Source of the DNA: Eledone cirrhosa
Taxonomy: Eukaryota
Length of the DNA: 64,000 bases
Assembly: GCA_964016885.1 (NCBI GenBank)
Contig: OZ024743.1
Coordinates: 188,852,001 to 188,916,000, forward strand
Direction: 5' to 3'
Position numbers and translations under genes: made by a program. Position 1 is the first letter of the stretch; each line of letters opens with the position of its first letter. This document shows positions 28,067 through 41,475 of the stretch, in pieces. A model generated the notes under the pieces. The model worked only from the letters and a program-made list of their open reading frames with translations. It did no database searches and was not told where the DNA came from.

Positions 28067-28826
28067 ATATAAGTATGTATACCGACGTACAGTAGTATGT
28101 ATATATATATATAAATACATGCACACATATATATATGCACGTATGGATTCACCGAACATTTATTATAATGCTCGGTGTGTTTGTAAACAAACATCCCGTA
28201 TTAAGCCGTAGTGTCTAGCAACCACCGTTGCTCGTTTGTTCAACACTGACAAAGGAACGCTGTACTAGTTTCAAGCTTGTTAGCTATCGTCAGCAACGTA
28301 TACCTTCCTGCCAGATTGTTGAACGTATATACTTATCTTATGCATATTAACGGCTGAGTAGCCCAATATGCATATCGAGTGGTTTAATCGGCCGGGTGCA
28401 CCGAAAACGATAAACGGAAAAAATGAAACGATATTTCATTTCCCACTCTTAGTATGGCTGTTACTTAAATATAAGTATGTACCCGTACATACATATATGT
28501 ATACCGACGTACAGTAGTATGTATATATATATATACATACATGCACACATATATATATGCACGTATGGATTCACCGAACATTTATTATGCAACGGTGGTT
28601 GCTAGACACTACGGCTTAATACGGGATGTTTGTTTACAAACACACCGAGCATTATAATAAATGTTCGGTGAATCCATACGTGCATATATATATGTGTGCA
28701 TGTATGTATATATATATATACATACTACTGTACGTCTGTATACATATATGTATGTACGTGTACATACTTATATTTAAGTAACAGCCGTACTAAGAGTGGG
28801 AAATGAAATATTGTTTCATTGTTTCC

Positions 28827-28832
<6 letters not shown>
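28067..28832 (-). mobile_element. Retrozyme-like non-autonomous element: 422-nt unit with partial tandem repeat and an inverted permuted copy
   Basis: Direct repeat 28074-28166 = 28496-28588; 28589-28832 is the reverse complement of (28410-28588)+(28167-28231); contains a hammerhead; no ORF. Confidence 0.85.
28257..28299 (-). ncRNA. Minimal type I hammerhead ribozyme
   Basis: ACGTTG-CTGACGA-T-AGCT-AACA-AGCT-T-GAAAC-TA-GTA-CAGCGT; palindromic ACTAGT; GUA triplet. Confidence 0.9.
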
Positions 28833-28865
<33 letters not shown>

Positions 28866-28935
28866 TATCCATACATATATCTATATACATATATATACAT
28901 ATATATACATACATATATATACATATATATACATA

Positions 28936-29285
28936 CATCATCATTTCATCATCATCATTTCATTTTACGTCCGCTTTTCCCTGCTAGCAAGGGTGGGACA
29001 GGAACATGATTCTGGCTTGATTTCTACAGCTGGATGCCCTTCCTAACACCAACCTCATTTAAAGTGAGTGCTGGGTGCTGTTATGCCGAGGCACCTCCAC
29101 GACCACTTTGCAGTAGAATGATATGGACCCCAGTCCTATCATCTCATTTCTACAGCTGAGTAAACTGGAGCAATGTGAAATAAAGTGTCTTGCTGTAGGA
29201 TACAACACATCACCCGGCCTGAGAATTGAACTCACAACCTTTCGATTGCAAGGCCAATGCTCTAACCAATAAGCCATGTGCCTCC
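28936..29285 (-). mobile_element. tRNA-derived SINE with CORE-like body and RTE-derived 3' tail
   Basis: A box TGGCTTATTGG, B box GAGTTCAATTC, GCAAGACACTTT body; tail GGTTGGTGTTAGGAAGGGCATCCAGCTGTAGAAATC...(GAT)n shared with the RTE copies. Confidence 0.88.
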
Positions 29286-29483
29286 ATACATATATATATA
29301 TATATACATATATATGTATACATATATACATATGTATATATATATATATACACACATACATATAAATATACATACACATATACATATATATATATACATA
29401 CACATACATATATATATACATACACATATACATATATATATACATACACATATACATATATATATATATATACATACACATAC

Positions 29484-29524
<41 letters not shown>

Positions 29525-29654
29525 TATATATACACACATACATATGTATATGTATATATATGTATATATATATATGCATATATATATATATATACACATA
29601 CATATGTATATGTATATGTATGTATATATATGCATATATATATATTTACATATA

Positions 29655-29693
<39 letters not shown>

Positions 29694-29809
29694 CTATATA
29701 TATATACATACATATCTATATATATATACACATACATATATATATTTAAATATATATATATTTACATATATAAATACATATATATATACATACATATATA
29801 TAAATATAT

Positions 29810-29860
<51 letters not shown>

Positions 29861-30300
29861 CTTTATTTATGGTTTCATTCAATTTTCCTCTCTTTTATCT
29901 ACTAGTATTAATGAAATAATTTAATCATTGAAGATTTTCATCACTCTTAGTGGTGTTTGGGATGCTGGTAGTAGTAGTATTTGTGTCATTTATAAAATAA
30001 CTTTATCTGCTTCTATGAATCACTACGAATCATTTGGTCGAAACCTGTAATATATAGATGTCTGTGTAAATCTTTAGCCAGTATTGATCAGTGAGCGATG
30101 TAAATATTGATCAGAAAACTGAAAATCTAGTACTTTGGAAATTTAGATTTTGTGATATTTGATATAGACTGAGTTACAGAAATATCCTTGTCACTCTTGC
30201 CATCAGAAGTAACGAGAAACCATCATAGGCACATAGGAAACCTGTAACATATTACACTATCATTTCAACAAAGGAAATATAAAATAAAAATAAAGAAATA

Positions 30301-30480
30301 TGCAGGAGTAGCTGTCTAACTAAGAAATGTGTTTCACAATCATTTGTTTTTAGCTTCATTCCATTGTACATCACCTTGAGCAAGTGATATGTACTTAGTC
30401 TTAGGCTAACCAATGCATTGTTAATGAAAGTGAAATTTGGTAGACAAAACCTGAGCAGAAGCCAGATGTGTGTGTGTCTG
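30301..30480 (+). mobile_element. Degenerate CORE-like SINE
   Basis: CACCTTGAGCAAGTG and TTTGGTAGAC...GAAGCC motifs ending in (GT)n; heavily diverged. Confidence 0.55.
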
Positions 30481-30879
30481 TGAGTCTGCCTTTAAAAAAA
30501 ATGGTGCTGATTGTTTATGCCCTGTAACCTAGAAGTTTTATATATAAGAATCATTAACATAAGTCACAAACTTCAAGCTGACTTTATCACATCTCCAAGC
30601 TGACTTTATCATGAATAAGCAAATAAATACCTCAATGTCTTGACATCTTTTCACTTGAACTTATCTTAGTAGCACACTCCAGCCAAGAGAAGTTCAGTTG
30701 TTAAAGGAAAAGATGTAAATCTATTTAGCAAAGGCTAACTTCCAATATACTTTGTCTGAATGAGCACATATGTGTAAATGTCTAAGATGAGATTTGCTAA
30801 TTTGATAAATTTTTTTCAAACTATAAATCTTAGTCAAGGAAACGTTTGCAATATTTACATCCACAATATAGCATAGCCT

Positions 30880-31110
30880 AATGTCATGGGTTCGATTCCT
30901 GGGCTGGGTTGTGTGTTATGTCTTTAGCAAAACACTTCATTTCCCGTTGCTCCAGTATACTCAGCTGAAAATGAGTACTAGCGGTAACTGGGGATTTAAC
31001 CCTATGATGAACTGGTACCCTTTCCAGGAGAAGTCTTGTATCCTCAGTAGCTTCACACCAAGAAACCAGGATACGCACTGGCCTAAATAGCCTTAAATGG
31101 CTTAAGACAG
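30880..31110 (+). mobile_element. 5'-truncated tRNA-derived SINE
   Basis: B box GGTTCGATTCC; body similar to 29150-29215 but with a different 3' half. Confidence 0.7.
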
Positions 31111-32479
31111 ACATTAGACTTTAGATATCCATGATATGTTTCAAATATTGATCATCATCATCATCAACAGCATCGTCATTATCATCATGACAGAGTCTCC
31201 TGATGTTAGGTGATGTTATCATCACATCATTTACAGTCTCTTTAAAACAACCTCTTGTAATAGATATCGTGGAGTTTTATTATAATTTACTTTTCTGATA
31301 ATGAATGATCTCGTTCTGTATTTCACAAGGGAACTGGTTTTTCTTCCTGACTTTCAGAAAAATGCAAGAGCTCAAGATAGATTTTCTACACCTTACAGAA
31401 ATTAAACATTAATCTCTTCTCCAAACGCTTTTTAGTCTTCAATAATTCAACTCTAGAATTATGAAAGTAGAATTGACTAGTCCTACTCAAAAGGTTGTAT
31501 TTACATTAAAAAAAGTTATATTTACATCAATATCTAGGATCACTAGATTATTTTCTCAAAACAAGAAAACAATGGTTCTAAAGTGTTTACAAGAAAATAT
31601 TTCAAGCTGCTAAAACTTTGCCAAACTTTATAAATATCAATCACAAAAGTCTGTTAATGGAGTAGTCAAGAAATAAAAGTCTGAGAAACACGTGAAAACA
31701 TAAAAGTCTGAATATGTGCAAAGACAAGAGTATTTCAACGCCTTCACCAAACCAATGAACCAAAGATGGCAGCACTTTGTACTAAAATTACAAAAGCTGA
31801 AAGAAATTTGGGGAATATAATTTTTATTAAACGTAATGCATGCAGAATTTATGAGTTATTCTGTGCAAGTTGAAGCAACAAATGTCAACATTTCTATCAG
31901 CTTGCTAGGCAATGTAAATCCAAGAACCCAAACCGTACATGGAACTCAGTCATCCATAATACACTGTTTTCCTATGAAGACAGCTTAAAAGGAATAAATA
32001 TTATAAGATCAATTCTGACTTAAGGTAACTACTGCATAGCTACCTCTTTAAATGGCTAAAGAAATCAACAAAGATCAACTAAATTCAAAAAGATAAAGAA
32101 TAATACAAATCCCTGTACAGATGCACCTGAAAACAGCACAAAATGTTGATGTTAAAATTCATCACAGTACCTAATAACTATACAAAAGTACTGACACCTA
32201 TTGCATTGTGCATTGGAGCTAGTACATTACTTTTGACATCTTCATTTTACAACTAAACTGGGAGAAGAAATTGCTTGATGTCCCAACATGGCCACAGCCT
32301 GGGCTGGAACAACTAAAAGAGTAAACCATTACTTGAAATGTAATTTGAATGTGTTAATACTGAAACGTCATTCTAGTATAAAAAAGTAAATAAATCAATA
32401 AAGAAATATAGAGATAATCTTCTATGCTGTGAAGCGAATTGTCCGATACTCTACCAATACTGCCAACCACTGCCCTAAT

Positions 32480-35400
32480 AATAATAATAAAGATATTATC
32501 ATAAGCACAGATGATGTAAATGATCAAGTAGCCAAGATACCAAAGCCCCTAGCCCAGATGGGATCCATCGTATTTCGTTGAAGAGATGCATGAAAGACTG
32601 GCAATACAATTGAATGATTGTGTCCAGAGAGGTGCAGTCCTCACCAAGGATGCTTTCAGGTAGAACAACGCTTGTGATAAAAGATAGAAGTAAGGGGAAT
32701 ACTGTGGAAAACTACTGCCTTAACATGCCTAAACATAATATGGAAGGTTCTCACTGGGCTATTTTTTTGGAAGACATATGCTTTTCTGTCACAGGAAGGA
32801 ATACTACCAAGGGAAGAAAAAAGGATGTTGGCAGAAGTCCCAGAGTACCAAGGATCATTTGGTTACTGATAAGAGAGTTTTGAGGTGTTGTAAGAAACAT
32901 CACACAAACATGTTTATGGCCTGGATTGATATTAAGAATGCATGGGAAAATGAAAGGCAGATTGTATGATGCTTGTATACGAACAACAATGCTACATGGC
33001 AGTGAGACATGGGCATTGCATGCAGAGGACCTGCATAGATTGGAAAGGAATGAAGCATGCATGCTCCGTTGGATGTGTAATAGTAATATAAGTGAACGGC
33101 AAACCATAAATGAACTAAGTGAGAAATTAGGAATAAGAGGGATCAGATGCTGTTTACTCGAGAGAAGACTATGTTGGTATGGCCACGTGATGCGCATGAA
33201 AGACGACAGCTGTATAAAAAAGTGCAGGGCGATCAAAATTGATGGTAGTTACAGAGTAGGTAGACCCCAAAAAACTGGGACGATCTGATAAATTCCGACC
33301 TTACACACTTACACCTCTCCAAGACAATGTCACTGGACCGAGATCTTTGGCACTATGCAGTAATGCAGAAGACCCGCCTTGCCTATGTTCAAAGCGAAAC
33401 CTACAGTCAGTAGGCACCTCTTAACCAAATATACACCCCAATCCACTACCCCTACCCTATCCTCCCACTCCCACCAACACCACATCCTCTCTATAAAGTT
33501 GGTACCGCAACATCCAGTCCAAATAAATGAGATGATCGAGATCGAGATCGTGTAGGTGTCACGAGAAAAAAACACACAGTCCACACTGTAATGTGGCCGT
33601 GTAGGTAGCACGGTAAAAAGTTACCAGTTCCACACTGTAAATGTGGTTGGTGTTAGGAAGAGCATCCAGCCATAGAAATTCTGCCAGATAGTCCTATATG
33701 AGCGAGACACAGTCACCTGACCAACCTTGCCTCAAGTGGGACAACTCCCATCTAACCCATGCTAGCGTGGACAGTGGACGTTAAACGAGGATGATGATGA
33801 TGATGATGATGTGATATGGTGCCCCATTCTTAGATTGGTGAATGTCTGCTGATGTTTGGTATTGCTGACAACATCACAAAGTTCATGTGGAGTAGTATAC
33901 CAGAGTGGAAAACCAAATTAAACACAAGCAAAATTTTTCTGGGAGAAGAATAAATTGAATGAAGTATCTCCTAAACTGTTACTATTTGTTATAGTACTAA
34001 TACCTATAACACTCACACACACAGAAAAATAAAAACAGGCTACCAATTTGGAAAGCAAGGGCCATTCACAAACGACCTTCAATTTATGGGTGACCTGAAT
34101 CTGTTTGGGAATTTTAAAGACTAAATTGGTTCATTGGTTAAAACAGTTCAGATATGTAGCATAAAAAGAGGGAAGAAAGCAGCCTGTAGTAGATTAAGGC
34201 TGCCATCGAGAGAAACCATGGGAGAACCAGAAGATAGTGGCTATAAATATTTAGGTATCTTTGAACTAGATATTTTGTATGCAGAAATAAAAGAAAAGTT
34301 TACGAATATATTTTAAAAAGATTAAAAATGATTTAAAAATCCAACTTGAATCTAGGCAGTTGCAGTGGTTAGATATAGTGCCTCAATTCTCAGTTAGACT
34401 GAAGAAGAAATATCAAAATTATATAGTAAAACGAGAAAATTATTGGCATTGTACGGAGCTTTACACCCTAAAGCAAATATTAATAGACTATACACAAACA
34501 GAAAGAATGGTGGCAGAGGCCTCGTTAGTGTGGATCATTGTATAAGGAAAGAAGAATGCTTGCCGAATATTTGATAAACAGTCATGAAGATGTTTTGCAA
34601 TATACAGCAGAAGATATGGATATAAATGTAATAGAAATAGTTGAAAAAGAAGAGTTTAACAAAATAGCTGAAGAGAAAAGAAAAAAATGTCTTGGAATGA
34701 GAATGTATAGTTAGTTTGAGAGATATCAAGGATAAAATAGCATTCTGTGCTGCACCGCAAGATCAATCTCTCGCTACTAATTCGGTGAAATACAACATCT
34801 ACAAAACTTTTGACACCCAGAAATGAAGGCAATGTGGAAAATGTAGCCCACTTGGGAAGTGGATGTGAGAGCCTTGAGCAAAAAGAATACAAGTGCCATC
34901 ATGATAAAGTCTGTCTATACTTTCATTGGCTTCTGTGTTATAAATACTAATATGAAATCATTGAGAATTGATATGAGCATGTGCCTTTAAAGTAATGCAG
35001 GAGGATGAGAAAGCAACGATATTCTGTGATTATGATATTGAAACTGAAGGAATAATTAAGCATCACTGACTGGACATTATATTATCATGTTGAACACGAA
35101 AGACAAATACTGCCAGATCATTGACATGGCCACCAAATGACACAAATATTGTGAGTAAGGAGATTTTTTTTAAATCACAAAGTACTCTGAATTGAAAGTG
35201 GAGCTGGCAAGATTATTTGGAATGCAAAAGTGTAGTGTGAAAGTGATACCAGTTGTGATCAGAGCATTAGGGTCAATCCCATTGAAACTTCAAGACATCT
35301 TCAAGTGACTTGGTATTCCATACAGGTTGGATGTCATACAAAAGACAGCTTTGCTAGGTACTGCAGACATTTTGAGGAAGGTATTATCTGACTGTGGTCC

Positions 35401-35490
35401 TTGTTGCAACTTGACAGAAGGCTAAATACCTGGTGCATTATTCATCTGCACTGCATGACAGAGCAATAATAATAATAAAAATAATAATTT
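32480..35490 (+). mobile_element. Decayed R4/Dong-like (restriction-like endonuclease) LINE interrupted by an RTE insertion
   Basis: GRTTLVIKD, AWIDIKNA|DMVPHS (split by the insertion), GYKYLGI and QKTALLGTADILRKVL remnants; (AAT)n at both ends. Confidence 0.75.
32947..33811 (+). mobile_element. 3' fragment of Expander-like RTE nested in the R4-like element
   Basis: [13 protein letters not shown]...LCWYGHVMR, family 3' UTR and (GAT)n tail. Confidence 0.9.
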
Positions 35491-36040
35491 CTTTTATTTG
35501 TCACAAGTGCCCAAGACATTGGGGATGATACAAGGACAGGAAGATAACAAGGTGGGGTTTACATTGAATGAGGGAAAGAGGACATCACAGACGAGAAATC
35601 AATAGTGATAACAGTATGGAATTTGTAATAAATATACATAACAATAGAAAACTCTAACAATAATAAATTTCATCAAGGACCAGTTCCCTAATAGTGGGGC
35701 GAACTACAATTTAGGTTAATTCCAGAAAGAAACCCGCCCCAAACCCTAGGTTATTCTGTTCCTCCACGGGCATTGAAAGTGCTCTCCCAGTTTCCTTCCT
35801 CTTGCTTAGAATCTCGCCATCTCACCCATCTTTCATAAAACACACAAGAAAGCAGCATGACCCTCTCTACCTCACCTTCCTCCTCGAGGGAATCTTGAAG
35901 AAGTTGATGTGAATTTAGCTGGAGAGGAAGATTCCTGTCCGCAACAGTTTTAGGTGAGTCCACCATACAGCATCCTTCACCATAGCAATCATGCAGAGGA
36001 AGACTTGCCATGCCTTCATTTTAAAAGAAGGTTCCAGTTC
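35490..36040 (-). mobile_element. 3' remnant of Tx1/L1-like LINE
   Basis: VERVMLLS..FYERWVR resembles the C-terminus at 37357..37704; similar 3' terminus. Confidence 0.6.
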
Positions 36041-36916
36041 AATGTTCCCTATATGATAATGATAACAATAATAACAATACCAACAGCAATATTAACAGCA
36101 AAAATAATTGTATTTAATAAAAGCAGATCCTAATCTAAAATTGGAATTAACGTTATATTAACAAGAGAACAACACTTTGCTAATGACTTATCGAATTTTC
36201 TGAATAAAATTATCTGACAAAAGATATATATTATCATCATCATTTCTTTCTTTCCCTTTCTTTACCTTTTTCTTTTTTTTTTATTTAACAATTTTTAGTC
36301 TTAATAACAACAATGAATGTTTATTAGAGTATTTATATAAAGTTGATGAAAATTGTGTGATCTTGATAGGCAGATGATTCATATGGAAACCGAATGAGAA
36401 TTGACCTATTGCACTTTTAAGACTTAAATTATAAAGTCATAAAGAAAAAAAGAAAAAAGGAAAATGTAATTTAAGAAAGACAAAAAAAAAAAAATGTAAA
36501 TCAGAAAGAAAAGATTCAAATTTGCAATATCACTATCTTGGAAAAACAAGCTGAATTTTAAGTTGAGACTTCTTTCATTATTGACCAAAACTGATTAGTT
36601 TTATTGAAGTACATTTAATTGTGTCTGCAACAAAGACAAATGAAAGAAAATTATAAAAGAAGGATAACAAAACAAAGCAAAAATGCAATATGATTGAACA
36701 TTCTTTTAGTTCCTTTTTTTTTTCATTTTGTTCAATAAATAGTGTCTGGTTATCTGGTTAGTTGTTATATGATTTTTACCTATAATATAGTGTCATCTTT
36801 TCAAATTTTATGTTATTTTGAATTCCCATCAGAGATTTGTTGTCTTAAATTCAAGAAAGACTAGCAAAGCCTGAGTTCAAAGGGTTGATCACCTAATCAA
36901 AATAATAATAATAATA

Positions 36917-37098
36917 ATTGTTTCTACTTTAGGCACCAGGCCAGCAATTACCCAGTGCATTACTGGTACTTTATTTTATCGCCCCCGTAAGGATGAAAGG
37001 CAAAGTCAACCTCGGCGGGATTTGAACTCAGATCGTAAAGGGACGTAACTATGCTGGAAAGCATGGCGTTTGACCCTCTACCGATACTGCCAATCCAC
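36917..37098 (-). mobile_element. tRNA-derived SINE (same family as 11584..11768) in (AAT)n
   Basis: Reverse complement has the A/B boxes and the same body and tail. Confidence 0.9.
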
Positions 37099-37109
37099 AA
37101 TAATAATAC

Positions 37110-39755
37110 TTTTTTTATTAACCACAAGGGTTACATAAAGTAGACATTAAGGACAGTACAGGACAATACAGGATGGTACAAATGGGCATTTCTGCGTGTA
37201 AAAAACAAAAACAGAGGATTTAAGAAAAAATAACAATGAAAAATTCCCCAATAGGGGGAAGAATTCCGAGGGACATTTGTGGAGAAAGCCCATTAAAAGG
37301 CCACAGTGACCCTGACCACCAGGACAAGTGCCCTCTCCCAGTTTTCCACCTTTAATTTACAGACACATACTTAGAGTAGGCCCATTCACTTGGGCCAGTC
37401 TTGCTTCTCTCACCCATCTTTCAACAAAATGCTGGGAAGAGAGCACTTCCCTCTCTACCCTGATTTTCCTTTTCAAATGACATTTGAAAAAGTTAATCAG
37501 GGCATCACCGAAGAGGTAAGTGCTCGTCTTCAGCCCTTTCAAACGTGTCCACCATACTATCTCTTTCGCCATGGCCACCAGACAGATAAAAACTGCCTGC
37601 CCTTCCTGGCTAAAGGAAGAGGGCGGGGCAATCCTCACAATGGACTCAGATGATAGCCGGAACTGTCCTACATGCGACAGCAGGTGTTCGACATAAACCC
37701 ACAAGTCAGCAATGCTCGGACATTGGACGAGTGCGTGCAGGACGGTTTCGTCGCCCTGCGCGCATCATCTTGGACATGCCCGGCTGACGGCACCTCCATG
37801 CCTGTAGAGTTTATCCCGAACTGGCAAAGCTCCTCGGTAGCACTGCCAGGGATTTCTGGAAGTTGTCCATAGGCCCCGGCCCGAAAGTTTTTCTGAAGAG
37901 ATTGGCTAGTTGATTTTCATCGAAGCCTAGAGTTTCCCCAAGTACGTCGTCGCTCTTCCCTTCCACTAATCCTCTATAGAACGCCAAGGTGGAGTTTCCA
38001 TCGATCACATTGCCCGATTGGTCGAGGGCTGTGAGCGCCTGAAGACATTCCAGTCTCCAAGCGCTCCCTCTCGGTCTTCGCTTGACCCATGACTGCAGCT
38101 CCGTCAAGGAGACAAGCTGGGAAAAGACGCGTCTAGCAAACGGCGACCACACCTGATCACCGCCGAGGAAGAGGTGGAGATGTCGTAGCCTGAGCGCGTG
38201 TCTGCGCATCATCAGCCACGGCATGCCCAGCCCTCCACGTAGCGGGTGTTGACAGCAGATGGACCACCTGACCATCGGAGCGCGTCCCTTCCACAAAGGG
38301 GCTTAGGACAAGGTACGACGGTTAGGCGGTAGTTGATGACGGATGCGATGTACGCGTTAGCCACCTGCGCTTGACCTTTCAGGGATAGCTTCCTCTCCGC
38401 CCATTTCTGGGTGAGAGAAGCTTCCCTGCTCATCACCTCGTCCCAGTTTTTGTCCGTCTAGAGGTTTGGACCGAACCAGACCCCTACCAATTTAACCGGT
38501 CCGTCCGTCCAATGCCCGAAGACCCTGTTGGACAGCATGGACCTGCCTTTCCATGTGCCGAGCTGCAGGCCCACTGACTTTTCCTGTCACCGCTTTGTAT
38601 TCTCCTAGTGTAGTGCCGATCACCTTGATGTGTTTGGCGTTCGACACCACTACGGTGACATCGTCCGCATATGCTGACACAGATCTTCCGCATCCTAGTA
38701 CGCGCGAGACCCCCCTCAACATCTCCAGTTTGTGCGGTAATGGCTCGAGAGTCAATACATACAAGAGGGACGATAGGGGACATCCTTGGCAGACCGAGCG
38801 CATGATGTTGAACACTTCCAAAAGGAAACCGTTCACTCTCACCACAAAGCAGATGTCGCTGTACATGGCAACGATCCAGCCTCTGATGACGGGCCCAAAG
38901 CCAGCCGCCTTCAGGACTGCCGCTAGGTAATGATGATCGACCCTATCGAAAGCTTTCGACTGATCTAAATTGATCAAGGACCCACCCGTGCCAGGTTCCC
39001 TAGCTACCCTCTCTATGATGTATCGCATGAGGTGGAGGTTGTCGTGGATGGATCTGTCGGTAATGGCGCATGTCTGCGCCTCTCCCACCAGACCACCGAC
39101 GACAAGTGCCAACCTCTTTGCTAGCACCTTGGCCAAAATCTTGAACTGTGTTTAGCAGAGTTATGGGCCTGAAATTATCTATGTTATCCCCTTGTTCGGA
39201 TCCTTTCTCAGCAGCACCACCGCTCCTCAGCTCACAGAGCTGGGAATTCTCCTGTTCTGTTGCCAGTTGCAGTAGATGTCCGCCAAGAGGCCTCTGAACA
39301 AGTCTGGCATCTGTACTTGAAGTTCATAGGGCAGACCATCCAAACCAGGCGATTTACCCCTTATGCAGCCAGTCATTGCCTCCCGTACTTCAGCGGCTGT
39401 TATCGGATTTTCGCAACACTCCGCCTCAGTGGCCGAAAGCCGCGGCAGTCCGTCGAGGTAGACACTAAAGTCCATCTCTTGATTCGGCCCGCCACTGCCC
39501 CCAAACATCTGGGCGAAGTGTCGCTGAAAAGGTTCACACATTTGCCCGGGATCGAGTAGCATGCACCCGTCGTGGTCCACCAAAGACCGGATCATGGCTC
39601 TGTTGCCATGACGCGCCTCCGCCACTCGGACCCATTGAACGGCTTTCGTCCCCTCATGTCTGAGAGCACACACCCTAGCTCTGACAACGCAGCCTTCGTA
39701 CTTTGCATTGAAGAATTGGTCAAGGGCCAATTTCGCCGCAAGTACGTCGGCCGCG
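37110..39755 (-). mobile_element. 5'-truncated Tx1/L1-clade LINE, frameshifted
   Basis: GKSPGLDGLPYE, LDQSKAFDRVDH, QGCPLS, AYADDV motifs and C-terminal region to 37357; A-rich tail; (AAT)n flanks. Confidence 0.9.
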
Positions 39756-40481
39756 ATAATAATAATAAGAATAATTAATTAATTAAGTTGGAGATTTCCA
39801 AATCCTGTGGGATTTCCTAATCTGAACAGATAAGATGCTTGAGTATAATAAACTGTACATAGTGGGCATAGACAAAGTAAATCATGTGTGTGCTGTAATC
39901 AACATTTCATGCCCATTTATCTCACAGCTAGTATAGAAGGAATGTGAGAAAGGGGATGTGTATAACTGTCTTAAATATGAGACCACCCAACTGTGGAAAA
40001 GGAAAAAGGTAAAAACAATGCTGATTGTTGTTGTGGCAAAAGTTATTAAGAGGAACACCAATAAAATGGAAATAGAGTGACCAGATGAGTTAATGGAAAA
40101 CGTTTTACTCCTTCACATGGACAGAATTATGAGAAAAGTACTACATAGCTGAAGAGAACAAATCACATGGTCCTGACAGCAGCAGGTAGCAATCCTGCTA
40201 CCCATGCAAGAAACCAGAAGTTCCAACAAAATATGAGATTAAAAAATGAAAATAATAATAATAACCTATGCTATAATAAAAGCTATATCTGTCAGTCCAT
40301 CCGCCTTGCTCCTTATATATAGAGAGGGAAATATTACTCCACTTCTCACTTACTCCAGCTTGCTCTAACTAATTAAAATGTAACATACAAATAAATGAAA
40401 AGTATACAGGGTTTGTTTTAGTTGTCTGTATGTGTGTGTGTGTGCGTGTGTGTATTTCAGTATGTCCCTCAGTATATAGAT

Positions 40482-40645
40482 CAGTCATGGGCAAACTGCA
40501 ACCCATGAGCCACATACAGCCTTTTAGGCTTTCTGAATGGCCTGCTAAATTTCAAAATTGCCTTGAATGTTTTATTAGTGTAGCGTGCCTTATGATGAGC
40601 CACATCCTATGTGGCCCACTGCTTGCCTAAGGTTGAACATGCCTG
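40482..40645. mobile_element. hAT-like MITE
   Basis: Imperfect TIRs CAGTCATGGGCAAACT / AGGTTGAACATGCCTG; 8-bp TSD-like ATATAGAT/TTATAGAC. Confidence 0.7.
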
Positions 40646-40688
40646 TTATAGACAATGCAACACAGATTTAATAAAATTATTTCACTAT

Positions 40689-40851
40689 AATTGTTTCTAC
40701 TTTAGGCACAAGGCCAGCAATTACCCAGTGCATTACTGGTACTTTATTTTATCGACCCCATAAGAATGAAAGGCAAAGTCAACCTCGGCAGGATTTGAAC
40801 TCAGATCATAAAGGGACGTAACTATGCTGGAAAGCATGGCGTCCGACCCTC
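40689..40851 (-). mobile_element. 5'-truncated tRNA-derived SINE with TSD
   Basis: Nearly identical to 36917..37098; TTTCACTAT duplicated on both sides. Confidence 0.9.
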
Positions 40852-41254
40852 TTTCACTATTATGACAGGTTATCATTATTATTAAGAGAGAAATACAGTG
40901 AAAGAGACACAGAATGGAGATTTTTTATGTTATTTGTGTGTGTGTGTATGTGTGTCTCTAGAAAATGCAACACAGTTTAAAATAAAACTTCCACAATAAC
41001 GAGAGGTTGTCATTGATAAAGCAATACAGTAAGACAGAGTGAGAGAGAGAGGGAGAAAGTGTGTGTGGGGGGGGGGGGGGGTGAAACAGAGATAGATAGG
41101 TAGAGCGAGTTGTCACCACATTAACAAATTTTGATTGAAAATGCAGAAATTTTAAGTGCAAGTCTATGAACAGGTGTGAAAAAAACGTGTGTTGTGGTTT
41201 CTGTTTGTCCTAAGGAAAACCAGGCTGCAACTAGTAATAATAATAATAATGGAT

Positions 41255-41455
41255 TCAGATTAAGGCACAAGGCCAGCAAATTTGGAGAAGGCAGAGTCAA
41301 TTTAATCAACCCAGTGCATTACTGGTACTATATTTTATCGATCATGTATGGATGAAAAGCAAAGCTAACCTGGATTTGAACGTAGAACGTAAAGGGCCGT
41401 AACTTTATGCCACAATGCATGTTATTCGATGCTCTATAACTACTGCTGCTTCATC
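41255..41455 (-). mobile_element. Diverged SINE of the same superfamily
   Basis: AGGCACAAGGCCAGCAA...CATTACTGGTAC...TTTTATCGA motifs. Confidence 0.7.
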
Positions 41456-41475
41456 ACCCTAATAATAATAATAAA

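Noticed and set aside
31291-31350. Possible short minus-strand host exon (AG...GTAAAT)
   Set aside because: Only 56-60 nt, no recognisable protein motif or partner exons; needs RNA-seq.
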